From the human T2T-CHM13v2.0 reference genome, Homo sapiens: a stretch of 64,000 bases of DNA. Positions 12,636-39,530 of this stretch are shown here, in pieces (the stretch's first letter is position 1; each line of letters begins with the position of its first letter). The notes below the pieces were generated by a model. It was given only the letters and a program-made list of their open reading frames with translations, did no database searches and was not told the origin of the DNA. The DNA is taken from assembly GCF_009914755.1 (NCBI RefSeq), contig NC_060940.1; one strand, 5' to 3'. The translations under genes and the position numbers were made by a program.

Positions 12636-15600
12636 AGAAGAAACCCTATAAGCCAAAAGACATTGTGGGCCTATATTCAGCATTCTTAAAGAAAAGAAAC
12701 TCCAGTGAAGAATTTTATATTCATCAATCTAAGCTTCGTAAGCAAAGGAGACATAAGATCCTTTTCAGACAAGTAAATGCTAACAGAATTTGTTGCCACC
12801 AGACATGCCTTACAAGAAGTCCTTACATGAGGAGTGCTAAATATGGAAACAAAAGACCATTACCAGCCACCACAAAAACACACTTAAGTACATAGACCGT
12901 TGAAACTATAAAGCAACTACACAATCAAGTCTGCACAATAACTAGCTGGCAACATAATGACAAGATCAAATCTGCACATATCAATATTAACCTTGAATGT
13001 AAATGCGCCAAATGCCCCAATTAAAAGGCACAGAGTGGCAAGTTGGATAAAGAAGCAAGACCCAACTGTATACTGGTTTCAAGAAACCCATCTCACATGC
13101 AGTGATACCAATAGGCTCAAAGTAAAGGGATAGAGAAAATCCTACCAAGCAAATTGAAAAAAAAATATCGGGGTTGCTATTCTAATTTCAGATAAAACAG
13201 ACTTTAAACCAACAATGGTCAAAAAAAGACAAGAAAGGGCATTATGTAGTGGTAAAGGGTTCAACTTAACGAGAAGACTCAACTATCCTAAATATATAGG
13301 CACCCAACACAGGAGTATCTGGATTCATAAAACAAGTTCTTAGAGACCTAAAAAGAGACTTAGATAAACCATACAATAATAATAGGAGACTTCAACACCC
13401 CATAATAGTGATCATTGAGGCAGAAAATTAACAAAGATATTCAGGACCTGAAGTCAACATTGGACCAAATGGATCTGATAGACCTCCACAGAACTCTCCA
13501 CCCCAGAACAACACAAGATACATTCTTCTCATCACCACATAGCACATCTTCTAAAATCCACCACACAATCAGGCTAAAATAATCCTCAGCATATCCAAAG
13601 AAAAATAAAATCATACCGACCACACTCTCAGTATAATAAAAATAGATATCAATATCAAGAGGATTTCTTAAAACCCTATAATTACATGGAAATTCAACAA
13701 CCGGCTCCTGGATGACTTCTGGGTAAGCAATGGAATTAAATCAGAAATCAAGAAATTATTTGAAACTAATGAAAACAAAGACACACCATACCAGAATCTC
13801 TGGGCCATGGCTAAAGCAGGGTTAAGAGGAAACTTTATAGCACTAAATACCCACATTAAAAAGTTAGAAATATCTCAAATTAACCACCTAATATCACATC
13901 TTGAGAAACTAGGAAAACAAGAGAAAGCCAACCCCAAAGCTAGCAGAAGACTAGAAATAACCAAAATCAAAGCTGAACTGAATGAAATTGAGACAAAAAA
14001 AATTCAAAAGATTGATGAAACCAGAATTGGTTCTTTGAAAGAATAAATAAGATAGATAGACTGCTAGCTAGACTGATAAAGAAAAGAAGATCCAAATAAA
14101 CACAATCAGAAATGACATAGGGGACATTACCATTGACCCCTAGAAATGCAAAAAAACACCAGAGATGATTACAAACACCTCTATGCACACATATAGAGAA
14201 CCTATAAGAAATGGATACATTCCTGGAAACATACCTCTCAAGACTGAACCAAGAAGAAATTGAAATCCTGAACAGACCAATAATGAATTCAAAAATTGAA
14301 TCAGTAATAAAAAGCCTACCAACCAGAAAAACTCAGGTCAAAACAGATTCACAGCCGAACTCTACTAGACATATAAAGAAGAGCTGGTACCATTCCTACT
14401 GAAACTATTAAAAAAAAATTAGGAGGCACTCCTCCCTAATGCATTCTATGAGGCCAGCATCATCCTGATACAAAAGTCTGGTGAAGAGAGGAAAAAAAGA
14501 AACCTTCAGGCAATATCTTTGATGAACAAAGATGCAAAAATCCTGAACAAAACACCAGCAAACTGAATTCAGCAGTACATCAAAGAGCTATTCCACCACA
14601 ATCAAGTAGGCTTTATCCCTGGGATGCAAGTTTGGTTCAACAAAGGCAAATCAATAAATATGATGCACCACATGAACAGAAATAAAAACAAAACCACATT
14701 ATCATTTCAACAGATGCAGAAAAAGTTTTTGATAATATTCAGCATTTCTTTATTTAAAAATCCTCAGTAACCTAGGCATTAAAGAAACATACCTCAAAAT
14801 AATAAGAGCCATTTACAGCCAATATCATACTGAATGGGCAGAAGCTGAAGCATTCCCCTTAAGAACTGAAACAAGACAAGGATTCCTACTGTCACCATTC
14901 CTATTCAACATAGTACTGGAAGTCTTAGCCAGAGCAATCAGGCAATAGAAAGAAATAAAAGGCATGCAAATAGGAAGAGAGGAAGTCAAACTATCTGTGT
15001 TTGTAGAAAATGTGATTTTAAACCTAGGAAACCTGATTGTCTCTACCCCAAATCTCCCAGATCTGATAAACAACTTCAGCCAAGTTTCTGGATACAAAAT
15101 TAATGTGCGAAAAACAGTAGCATTTCTATACACCAATAATGTTGAAGCTGAGTGCCAAATCAAGAACACAACCCCATTCACAATAGCCACAAAAAAAGAA
15201 ACAATGCTTAGCTAGCCAGGGAGGTGAAATCTCTCTATGAGAACCACAAAACCCTACTCAAAGAAATCAGAGATGACACAGCAAATAGACACAAACAAAT
15301 GGAAAAACATTCCATGCTCATAAACAGGAAGAATCAATGTTGTTAAAATAGCCATACTGCCCAAAGTAATTTGCAGATTCAGTGCTATTCTTATTAAACT
15401 ACCAATGATGTTCTTCACAGAATTAGAAAAAAAACTTCTGCAATTTTTATAGAACCAGAAAAAAAGAGCCCAAATAGCCAAAGCAATCCTAAGCCAAAAG
15501 AACAAAGCTGGAGGCAACACATTACCCAATTTCAAACTGTACTACAAGGCTACAGTAACCAAAATAGCATGGTACTGGCACAAAAACAGACACATAGACC

Positions 15601-16930
15601 AATGAAACAGAGTAGAGAGCGCAGAAATAAAGCCATACACCACAACCACCTGATTTTCGACAAAGTCAACTAAAACAAGCAATGGGGAAAGGATTCCCTA
15701 TTCAATAAATGGTTGATGAAATGACTGGCTAGCCATATCCAGAAGACTAAAATAGGACCCCTTCTTTACACCATATACAAAATTAACTCAAGATGGATTA
15801 ATGGCTTAAATGTAAAACCTAAAACTGTAAAAACCCTTAAAGAAAACCTAGAAAAATACCATTCTACATATAGGCCCTCGTAAAGATTTTATGACAAAGA
15901 TACCAAAGGCAATTTAAACAAAAACAAAAATTGACAAATGGGACCTAGTTAAAGAGCTTCTGCACAGCAAAAGAAACTTTCAATAAACAGACAACCCACA
16001 GACTGGGAGAAAATATTTTCAAACTCTGCATCTGACAAAGGTCTAATATCCAGAATCTATAAGAATCTTAAATTTACAAGAAAAAATAAAAAAACTCTAT
16101 TAAAAATGGCAAAGAAGATGAATAGACACTTTTCAAAAAAAGACATACACACAGCCAACAAGCATATGAAAAAATGTTCAACATCGCAAATCATTAGAGA
16201 AATGCAAATAAAAACCACGGTGAGATACCATCTCATACCAGTCAGAATGGCTATTAATAAAGTCAAAAAGTAACAGATGTTGTCAAGGCTGCAGAGAAAA
16301 GGGAATGCGTATACACTGCTAGTGGAAACGTAAATTAGTTCAGCCACTGTGGAAAGCAATTTAGTGATTTCTCAAAGAATTTAAAACAGAACTACCATTT
16401 GACCCAGCAATTTCATTATTGGGTATGTACCCAAAGGAATATAAATTGTTCTGCCATAAACACACATGTGCATGTATGTTCACTTCAGCACTATTCACAA
16501 TAGCAAAGAAAAGGAATCAACCTAAATTGATTATCCAGTAGACTGCATAAAGAAAATGTGGTGTATATACACCATGGAATACTATGCAGCCATAGGAAGG
16601 AGCAAAATAACATCCTTTCCAGCAACATGGATGGAGCTGGAGGTCATTATCCTAGCGAACTAATGCAGAAGCAGAAAACCAAATACCACATGTTCCCATT
16701 TATAAGTGGGAGCTAAACACTGAGTACACATGGGCACAAAGAAAGGAACAATAGATACTGGGGCCTACTTGGGCATGGAGTGTGGTAGGAAGGTAAGAAT
16801 TAAAAAAAAACTGCCTTTTGGATACTATGCTTATTACCTCGGTGATGAAATGGTATAGGGACCAAACCCCTGTGACACGCAATTTATCTATAGATGTACT
16901 CTGAAACTAAAATAAATGTTAAAAAAAAGG
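12636..16930 (+). mobile_element. 5'-truncated L1PA15/16-like element
   Basis: Late ORF1, fragmented ORF2, and a 3' UTR of older L1PA type (gggcacaaagaaaggaacaatagatactggggcctacttg). TSD AAGAAAAG(T/C)T(T/G)AATATC at 12619-12635 and 22972-22988. Confidence 0.85.
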
Positions 16931-16936
16931 AAAAGA

Positions 16937-17827
16937 GGGGGAGGAGCCAAGATGGCCGAATAGGAACAGCTCCGGTCTACAGCTCCCAGCATGAGCGACG
17001 CAGAAGACGGGTCATTTCTGCATTTCCATCTGAGGTACCAGGTTCATCTCACTAGGGAGTGCCAGACAGTGGGCGCAGGTCAGTGGGTGCGCGCACCGTG
17101 CGTGAGCTGAAGCAGGGTGAGGCATTGCCTCACTCGGGAAGCGCAGAGGGTCAGAGAGTTCCCTTTCCTAGTCAAAGAAAGGGGTGACAGACGGCACCTC
17201 CCACCCGAATACTGCGCTTTTCCAACGGGCTTAAAAAACGGCGCACCAGGAGATTGTGTCCTGCACCTGGCTCGGAGGGTCCTACGCCCACAGAGTCTTG
17301 CTGATTGCTAGCACAGCAGTCTGAGATCAAACTGCAAGGTGGCAGCAAGGCTGGGGGAGGGGCGCCCGCCATTGCCCAGGCTTGCTTAGGTAAACAAAGC
17401 AGCCGGGAAGCTTGAACTGGGTGGAGCCCACCACAGCTCAAGGAGGCCTGCCTGCCTCTGTAGGCTCCACCTCTGAGGGCAGGGCACAGACAAACAAAAA
17501 GACAGCAGTAACCTCTGCAGACTTAAGTGTCCCTGTCTGACAGCTTTGAAGAGAGCAGTGGTTCTCCCAGTACGCAGCTGGAGATCTGAGAAGGGGCAGA
17601 CTGCCTCCTCAAGTGGGTGCCTGACCCCTGACCCCTGAGCAGCCTAACTGGGAGGCACCCCCGAACAGGGGCACACTGACACCTCACACGGCAGGGTACT
17701 CCAACAGAGCTGCAGCTGAGGGTCCTGTCTGTTAGAAGGAAAACTAACAAACAGAAAGGACATCCACACCAAAAACCCATCTGTACATCACCATCATCAA
17801 AGACCAAAAGTAGATAAAACCACAAGG
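16937..17827 (+). promoter_or_regulatory. L1 5' UTR internal sense promoter and antisense promoter; YY1 site AAGATGGCC at 16949-16957
   Basis: CpG-rich L1 5' UTR; known L1 promoter architecture. Confidence 0.75.
17172..17372 (-). CDS. L1 ORF0-like antisense ORF (66 aa, open)
   Basis: MAGAPPPALLPPCSLISDCCASNQQDSVGVGPSEPG...HPFL* matches the primate L1 ORF0 peptide with a short internal deletion; translation not demonstrated. Confidence 0.55.
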   Translation of the reverse strand: MAGAPPPALLPPCSLISDCCASNQQDSVGVGPSEPGAGHNLLVRRFLSPLEKRSIRVGGAVCHPFL

Positions 17828-18844
17828 ATGGGGAAAAAACAGAACAGAAAAACTGGAAACTCTAAAAAGCAGAGCGCCTCTCCTCCTCCAAAGGAACGCA
17901 GTTCCTCACCAGCAACGGAACAAAGCTGGACAGAGAATAACTTTGACGAGCTGAGAGAAGAAGGCTTCAGATGATCAAATTACTCTGAGCTACAGGAGGA
18001 CATTCAAACCAAAGGCAAAGAAGTTGAAAACTTTGAAAAAAATTTAGAAGAATGTATAACTAGAATAACGAATACAGAGAAGTGCTTAAAGGAGCTGATG
18101 GAGCTGAAAACCAAGGCTTGAGAACTACGTGAAGAACGCAGAAGCCTCAGGAGCCAATGCAATCAACTGGAAGAAAGGGTATCAGCAATGGAAGATGAAA
18201 TGAATGAAATGAAGCGAGAAGGGAAGTTTAGAGAAAAAAGAATAAAAAGAAATGAGCAAAGCCTCCAAGAAATATGGGACTATGTGAAAAGACCAAATCT
18301 TTGTCTGATTGGTGTACCTGAAAGTGATGGGGAGAATGGAACCAAGTTGGAAAACACTCTGCAGGATATTATCCAGGAGAACTTCCCCAATCTAGCAAGG
18401 CAGGCCAACATTCAGATTCAGGAAATACAGAGAACACCACAAAGATACTCCTCAAGAAGAGCAACTCCAAGACACATAATTGTCAGATTCACCAAAGTTG
18501 AAATGAAGGAAAAAATGTTAAGGGCAGCCAGAGAGAAAGGTCAGGTTACCCTCAAAGGGAAGCCCATCAGACTAACAGCGGATTTCTCGGCAGAAACCCT
18601 ACAAGCCAGAAGAGAGTGGGGGCCAATATTCAACATTCTTAAAGAAAAGAATTTTCAACCCAGAATTTCATATCCAGCCAAACTAAGCTTCAAAAGTGAA
18701 GGAGAAATAAAATACTTTACAGACAAGCAAATGCTGAGAGATTTTGTCACCACCAGGCCTGCCCTAAAAAAGCTCCTGAAGGAAGCGCTAAACATGGAAA
18801 GGAACAACAGGTACCAACCGCTGCAAAATCATGCCAAAATGTAA
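17828..18844 (+). pseudogene. L1 ORF1p, disrupted
   Basis: ATG at 17828; in-frame TGA at 17972-17974 and 18119-18121 (CGA>TGA CpG decay at codons 49 and 98); C-terminal 218 aa open. Confidence 0.9.
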
Positions 18845-18907
18845 AGACCATCGAGACTAGGAAGAAACTGCGTCAACTAACGAGCAAAATAACCAGCTAA
18901 CATCATA

Positions 18908-22733
<3,826 letters not shown>

Positions 22734-22988
22734 ACAATGAGATCACATGGACACAGGAAGGGGAACATCACACTCTGGGGACTGTTGTGGGGTGGGGGGA
22801 GGGGGGAGGGATAGCATTGGGAGATATACCTAATCCTAGATGACAAGTTAGTGGGTGCAGCACACCAGCATGGCACATGTATACATATGTAACTAACCTG
22901 CACAATGTGCACATGTACCCTAAAACTTAAAGTATAATAATAGAAGAAAAAAAAACTTAAAAAAAAAGAAAAAGAAAAGCTGAATATC

Positions 22989-23500
22989 CAAGGAGAGAAA
23001 GATATACCATGCAAAAAATAAAGTTTATATTAAAATAAGTAAACTTCAAAGACATTAGGAGGGATAAAGAGAAGTCATTATATGATGGTAAAAGGTATAA
23101 TTCTCTAGGAAGATACAATAATTCTAAACTTACAGGCATCTAATGATCTAACATCAAATATATTCAAAGAAAAAGTGACAATTAAGGAAAATGAAGAGTC
23201 CGTAATCACAGAGAAAGATTTTAATACCTTTCTGTCAGTAATTGATAGATAAAGCAGACAGTAATTAGTAAGATTGTAAAATACTAGAACAAGTTAATTA
23301 ATAAGCTGGAGCTAATGAACATACACAGAATACATAGAATTTTGCACCCAACGATTAGAGAATATATGTTCTCAAGCATACATGAAATTTGACCACATGC
23401 TGAAGCACCAAGAAACACTCTAAAATTTAGCCAAGTTAGAATTCCATGGCAATTTACCAAAAACCCCCAAAACACATCAAAATAACATGTGGGAAAGATA
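22989..23500 (+). mobile_element. Continuation of old L1M ORF2 (EN region)
   Basis: gaaagatataccatgcaaa...gataaagagaagtcattatatgatggtaaaagg; colinear with the fragment ending at 12635. Confidence 0.65.
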
Positions 23501-23505
23501 CAAAA

Positions 23506-23508
23506 ATA

Positions 23509-23561
<53 letters not shown>

Positions 23562-23611
23562 ATGTGTGTGTATATATGTACATATATACATGTATATATA
23601 TGTATATATAT
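23506..23611. repeat. (TATATG)n / (TA)n microsatellite
   Basis: Direct observation. Confidence 0.95.
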
Positions 23612-24090
23612 GATGAGTTAAAGCCAATAGATAAGTGGATCAATAGGAAGATCGATAGATAGATACATGAAAAGAGACAGAGAGCTTTTAAGAAATGGTC
23701 TCACATAATTGTGGAGGCTGGCAAGTCCCCAGACCTGCAGTGTTGGCTGGCAAGGAGGCCTAGTGGACAGTTAATGTTGCAGCTGGAGTCCAAAGACAAC
23801 CTGGAAGCAGAATTCCCTGTTCTTTGGGGGACCTCAGTCTTTTTTCTCAGGTCAATTCAAGTGATTGAATCAGGCTTACCCACATTGTCGAGGGTAATCT
23901 GCTTTACTCAAAGTCTACCGATTTAAATGTTAATCTTCTCTAAAAAATGTCCTTACAGCTACATCACACTGGTGTTTGACCAAACATTTGAATACCTCGA
24001 CCTAGCCAAGTTGACACATAAAATTAATCATCACAACTCCACTCCTTGGCACCCATACAGACCCCCCTTAAACCAAACTTAATCTCCTCT
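23612..24090 (-). mobile_element. MLT2 (ERVL) LTR plus short adjacent internal sequence
   Basis: Ends ...ccaagttgacacataaaattaatcatcaca (reverse complement of the MLT2 5' end) at 24035. Confidence 0.75.
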
Positions 24091-24094
24091 AGAG

Positions 24095-24462
24095 AAGTAT
24101 GCCAAGTGAAAACAACCAATCCCCCAAAGTTGCATATTGTGTGATTCCACTTACATAACATTATTGAAATGACAAAATTACAGAAACGGAGAACCAATTA
24201 GTGGTTTCCAGAGACTACAGTGGGTAGTGTGGATGGGAGGGGTGGGAAGTGGCAGTGGCTATAACAAACAAAATGAGGACTCCTCCCTCCTGGTGATGGA
24301 AATGTGTTGTATCTTGACTATATCAATGTCATCTGGTTGTAATATTGTACTGTAGTTTTGCAAGATGTTACCACTGGAGAAACTGGATAAAGGATACACA
24401 GGATCTCTCTGTGTTATTTTTTACAACTGCTTGTGAATCTATAGTTATCTCAAAATAAAAAG
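24095..24462 (+). mobile_element. L1MB/MC 3' UTR fragment
   Basis: gtgtgattccacttacataaca...gacaaaattacagaaacggagaac...ctcaaaataaaa. Confidence 0.7.
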
Positions 24463-24519
24463 ATGAGTTTTTAAAACTTCTAGAAAAATGAATTAAGAGA
24501 AAAACAACTTTAAGTATCT

Positions 24520-25550
24520 AAAAACGGGCACTACTACATATTGAGAAATATTTTTTTTAAATCATAAGCCAACACTATGAAACACACTCTTCAGATGAAA
24601 CAAAATATTCAGGAACAAGCAATGTTTATTCATGAAACTCACAGTAATATAGTTTGTTGGGGTAGAGAGATAAGAAGGAGAATGACCTCTTAAAATTAAT
24701 CTGCTTTGCTTTAAAGGAGACCCCTTTTACATTTACATTTCCTATATTTTACAGAGAAAAAGGTATATTTCTCATGTATTCTGAATCTTAAGATCATATT
24801 TTACCCTGGGGTGTCAGAATTTCCTGAGCATGAAACAAAGGAACAATTTGAAATAGTGACAGGTGGGAAAATATAATCGGTAAATAATTGGGTAACAAAT
24901 ACTTTTGTAAATCAGGTGGTTTTCATTGTTTTCAACAAAATTGGAGGAGGATCAATCAACTCGTGAGCTGTGAATAATTACAAATAATCTGTGATAATTG
25001 ATCACTATATGATTTTTGGCAAATAAATGTAATTCAAATAAATTTTTTATAATACACTCTTCCATTCCCATCTCTTATACATTCAAATGATTTTTTCAGG
25101 GCTTTTATCTATCAAAATGAAAATAGGAGTAATACTGATGATAAATCATGACCTTTTAGCAATAAGTAATATTCATGAACAGATGCATGAACTAATTAGA
25201 AAGAGATCCTGCTCATCTCATAAAAAGATGCACTTCCAATGAAAGTTTGCTTTTGTATTTGATAGTACTAAAATATATAATACATTCCATTCAACACATT
25301 CAATACAGAAGACGTTTTAATGCTTATGGCCTTAATTTACACAAAAACTAAGAATATTGTGATAGGGTGATCAATAAAAGATTTTAAAGCAAAAACTTGT
25401 GAAATGGAAACACACAAAGAAGAGGGAATATTATAAAGTTTCTGACTGAGAAAAGTTTGTTCATGCATTTTTATTATTTTTATAGTTATTTTAATTAAAA
25501 TATGTAAACATTGGAATGCAAAAATCTATCTGGAAACACTCATGTAAACC
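24520..25550 (+). mobile_element. hAT-Charlie DNA transposon fossil
   Basis: ~25050-25225 resembles the hAT transposase dimerisation C-terminus (LPFPS...FSxLxSIKMK.R...AISNIH...HELI...HLS); boundaries approximate. Confidence 0.5.
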
Positions 25551-25929
25551 ACACTCTTATTTCAAAAAGTTCCCTAAAGTCTATTTACAGCTAATAATCC
25601 TCATCACCACGGAGACAACTACTGTTTTAATTTCTATCACCACAAATTATCTTTGCCTCTTCTAGAAATTCATATAAATGAAATTATACAGTATATGCTT
25701 TAAGTACATAAAATATTCACCCTTTGGTATCCAGCTTCCTTTGCATTATCTATGAGATTCACCTATGTTGATGAATACTATTGCAGAGTAGGATTATATT
25801 GTATGAATATATCTCAGTTTGTTTATCTGTTTTTGTAATGATAGATATTTGAATTGTTTTGAGTTTTTACTATTATGAATAAGAGTATTCAGAGAATCTG
25901 CTTTGAACATTCATGTACAAGTGCTTTCT

Positions 25930-29895
<3,966 letters not shown>

Positions 29896-30409
29896 GTTTT
29901 TGTGGGCCTACATTTATACTTCTCTAGAGCAAATATCTAGAAATATTGATAGGTCATTAAGTGACTGTAGGTTTAGCTTTATAAGAAACTAAAATAGCTT
30001 TACCAATTTACATTCCCATCAGCAATGGATAAGAGCCCTGATCACTCTACAGTCTTACCAACATTTGATGGTGTCACTATTTTTAATTTTATAGGTTGTG
30101 ATTTTCGAGGAATTTGTTTATTTCATCCAAGTTTTTTATTTTACTGCAATATAGTTGCTCATAATATTCCTGTATTATTCCTTTGATATCTGCAGAATCT
30201 AAGTGATAGCCTCTCTCTTATTGCTAACATTGATAAAGCATATCTTATACTTTATTAATTATAACTGTTGCTTATTTTCTTTTCAATAGATTTGTGTTCA
30301 TATCTTTCTTATTACCTTTCTTCAAGTTTTGGTTTTCATTTGCTCGTATTTTTTTCTAGTCACTTAACATGGCTTCTAAGATAATTGATTTTAAGCATTA
30401 TTTCTTTTC

Positions 30410-31045
30410 TGCCAAAAACAAAATTTCAACGAATTGAGTTTAAAGATCTAACTGTCTTTTATTAGTGATTCCTGAATCAGGAAGCACCACATTTATTAAA
30501 AAAAAAATAGAAAAGTGCTCTGTTGGACATGGCTGAATGGTTATTTTTATAAAGTAGGTTGAGTGAGAACAAAGAAACAGAGCAGTACAAAAGGCAAATT
30601 GGTAAAAATCAGGTTACTTACAGGCTACTTTCCTTGGAAAGGTTAAAGTAGGGGATTTCATTATCATACCAGCTCAGGTTAACTGGGCTTTCTGATTGGT
30701 TGCTGTGAATCTCCTATTTTTAGAAATAACCGGTCTGTTTGGAGATTTTCCTGCTTCCTTAACATTTCAGTTTAATTATGTGGCGCTTAGCACAAGTGAC
30801 TCCAACTATTCTACAACTAAATAATTGACTGCTGAGTAAGCCAAAAGTCAGAGAAAATTAAAAGAGGAATTAGAAAATATTTGAAACTGAATGATAATGT
30901 GAATACAAAATTTGCGGAAAGCAATGAAAGTACTGCTTAGAGAAAAATGTATAAATTTTAATTGCCTATTTAGGAAATGTTAAAATTTGTGGGAGTCCAT
31001 TGTTTTAGACTGAGCTCCTGCACTAGACCCCAATACACAAAACCA
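30410..31045 (-). mobile_element. ERV1-class solo LTR (MER67-like), broken by a local inversion
   Basis: 30410-30804 on minus strand; its 5' end (tgttaaaatttgtgggagtccattgttttagactgagctcctgcactag) on plus strand at 30978-31045; TSD TTTC at 30406-30409 and, reverse-complemented, at 30974-30977. Confidence 0.7.
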
Positions 31046-32149
31046 TTTACTTTCAACCTATTTATGTCTGTATATTTAAAGAATATCTTTTCTAGATATC
31101 CTATAAGTAGGTCTTGCTTTTGTATCCAGTATTGACATTCTCTGCCTTTTACTTTGAGTGCTTATTTTATTTACATTTATAATAATTATTGATACAGTTG
31201 GATTTAGGTCTACCATTTTGCCATCTTTTCTTTCTCATATATTTTTTCTTTATTTAGATTAAACGAATAGCTTTTAAGATTCATTTTAACTCATTCATTG
31301 GATTTTTATCTGTACCTCTTTGTATTATTCTTTGGTGATTGCTGTAGGGCTTACATTATACAACTTATCAAAATCTTCCCAGTATTGCAATACTTCATGT
31401 AAAATATAGGAACTCTCAACATTATAGTTCCATTTACAACTCCTATTATTTGTGCAATTGTTATCACGTATATACCTACATTATTACAAGTGTAGCAACT
31501 CTTCATAATTTTTACTGTAAAGAATCATATGTCATATACTTGTTGCTTAATTTGGAAATCATAACTGCCTTGAGATCAGTGTGGGTCTCTGCATTTCAGT
31601 CCATGATTAAGGGATCTACTTTTCCACTTGGACATTGGCCTGGCATTCCATTTGCACATTAGTGCCCACTCTTCTTTGTCCTTAGAGTTTCTAAACCTGA
31701 AGTTTTCCCAAATACTATGTTGCCAATAAGCAGATTAATTTTTTCTTCAATAAAATAAAATAAGTCATATGTCTTTTAAATAAATTTAGAGGAAAAAATA
31801 AATGCAGACTTTTATATTTATCCAGTTATTTACTATTACCCATGTTCTTTATTCCTTCCTATAGATCTGAGTCACCAACTAGTGTCATTTCCCTTCAGCC
31901 TCCAGAACTTCATTTGACATTTTTTGTAATGCAGTTCTGCTTGTGAAAAAGTCTCTGTCTTTGTTGATTTGAAAATTTCTTTATTCAATCGTTGGTTTTG
32001 AAACATAGTTTTACTAACTATAAAATTCTGGATCGACAGGGCTTTTTGGCACTACTTTAAATATACCATTTCCGTTGTCTTCTGGCTTCTATTGTTTTGC
32101 ATACGAAGTTGGCAGTCATTTTTATTATTGTTTCTCTATATGTAATCTG

Positions 32150-32590
32150 CCATTATACTCAGCCTGCTTTCAGTCTTGGGAGGCTATTTAGGCAATATTT
32201 TCCTTGCTGTCTTACATCCTATTGGTTTCAGCGAATGTGGAGACCTAGCAGGAGATCAGAGGTTGGAAAGAGGATGAAGTCAGAATATTTATCACCCTAA
32301 CTTTCTCCCTAGAGTGTTCTTATGCTGACTACATCCCTTTGTTGAAGATCACAACTCATTTCAAGGAAACGAAGTGTGACTATCCTATCAGAATTCTGAT
32401 AACCACTTCCTCCACTTCCTCCTTCTGGCCTAAAGGTAGTAATAGCCTTCACTGTTACTAGTCCCAGAGTACTGTATCCTATATGGTTTCCCTGTATCTT
32501 GCACACATCTTTATGAAATAGACCCTTTTTGAAATCCTCCACAAATTATCTTAATTTGACTGTTCAATCTGTTTCTTTCAGGGATCCTTA
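32150..32590 (+). mobile_element. Degenerate ERVL-type LTR (LTR33/LTR16-like)
   Basis: cctattggtttcagc...gcaggagatcagagg...catctgtttc-like ending; weak. Confidence 0.4.
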
Positions 32591-33584
32591 GAATTCAGGT
32601 CATTTAGAATTTAAAATAAGCCCTGAGTGCTCCAGAAAAATAGTTAGTTTTTACTAAGTCTGGCCTTGTGAGAGAGGCCTGTAATGTTTTCCTAAAAGAA
32701 GCAAAATCCAAACTGAGTCTGGAAGCTTGCATTAGCTACATACAAGCAAGGGAAAGATCCAGGGAGGCTTGGTGGTCTAAGTACTGCACACAGTTCAGTC
32801 TGACTTGGAGTAAATGAGAGCCTAAGAGTAATACATGAGGGCAAGCATGGAGAGATAAATGGCAGCCTGGTTGTGAAGGGCCTTGTGTACTATGGTAATT
32901 GGTTGTAACTTGAAACTCAAGGAGCGTGATTGATATATAATGCTTGGTTTCAAAATATATTGCAATTGATAACATTTCCAGGAGCCTTGGAAGCTTTTGT
33001 GTAACTTAAAGGCATCAAGAGCATACAAACCTTATCTTATCAGGAGATCCTAAGGATTAACAAATTACTGTCTAACAGGGCAGCAGCAAGATGCCCTAAA
33101 GTAATTAATGCCCCCAGGATATTGTACTGCATTTGCATTTTTTTACCCTGTTGTCAGACCAAGGTTTATTAGGCACTGGGGAGCCACCACTGCCCTTTCC
33201 TTGTAAGATTTGTGTGTGACATCTCTTTCTCTGGCTCCTGTATATGCCTAATTCCTTAGTGTTTGGGCTGCCAAACTCTTTCTGTACCACCATGACAAGG
33301 TAAGAACCTAAAACTTGAATTATGTTCTTGATTTTCCTTCCATTTTATATAAAAACAATGCCTGCATCCGCTTGTTTTGGCAGTTGAAAGAACCACAGAC
33401 TGGCTTTGCGCCCAGTCCTAAGTAGCTCAGTGTGAAAGTGACAGAGAACAGTGTCTCCCACATACACCCATGTCACCTAGCAAGGAGCCCCTGTGGTTGG
33501 ACACACCAGTAAGATGTAGTTCAAAGAATATCAAGTATTAGTCTGTTATCAGTTTATCAAATGAGTAAAAAGAGGAACAGAAGG

Positions 33585-39250
<5,666 letters not shown>

Positions 39251-39258
39251 AATAAATT

Positions 39259-39530
39259 AATTAATTTTTAAAATCTCCAAAAAAGGACTCTAAAAAAATG
39301 TATTACTAAATACTTTTTGAAGTATTTTAAGGGTTTTAAAATACTTTAAAAAAGTATTTTAAAGGTTACTAAAACTAGTAACCATCATTTTGTTAATATC
39401 AAATATCCAGTGTTCAAAATCTCATAAATGTCATTGTTGATTTTTATGGATATTTTATATGAATCAGGCTCAAAATAAAGACCACTTATTGCTATTGGCA
39501 AAAACAAAAACCACAAAACAACAGAAGGAA
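39259..39530 (+). other. Putative 3'-transduced segment with its own AATAAA, second A-rich tail and TSD
   Basis: AATAAA 39474-39479; A-rich tract 39500-39519; AACAGAAGGAA at 39520-39530 identical to 33576-33586. Confidence 0.7.

Noticed and set aside
23284-23643. His-Ile repeat ORF
   Set aside because: Translation of the (TATATG)n microsatellite
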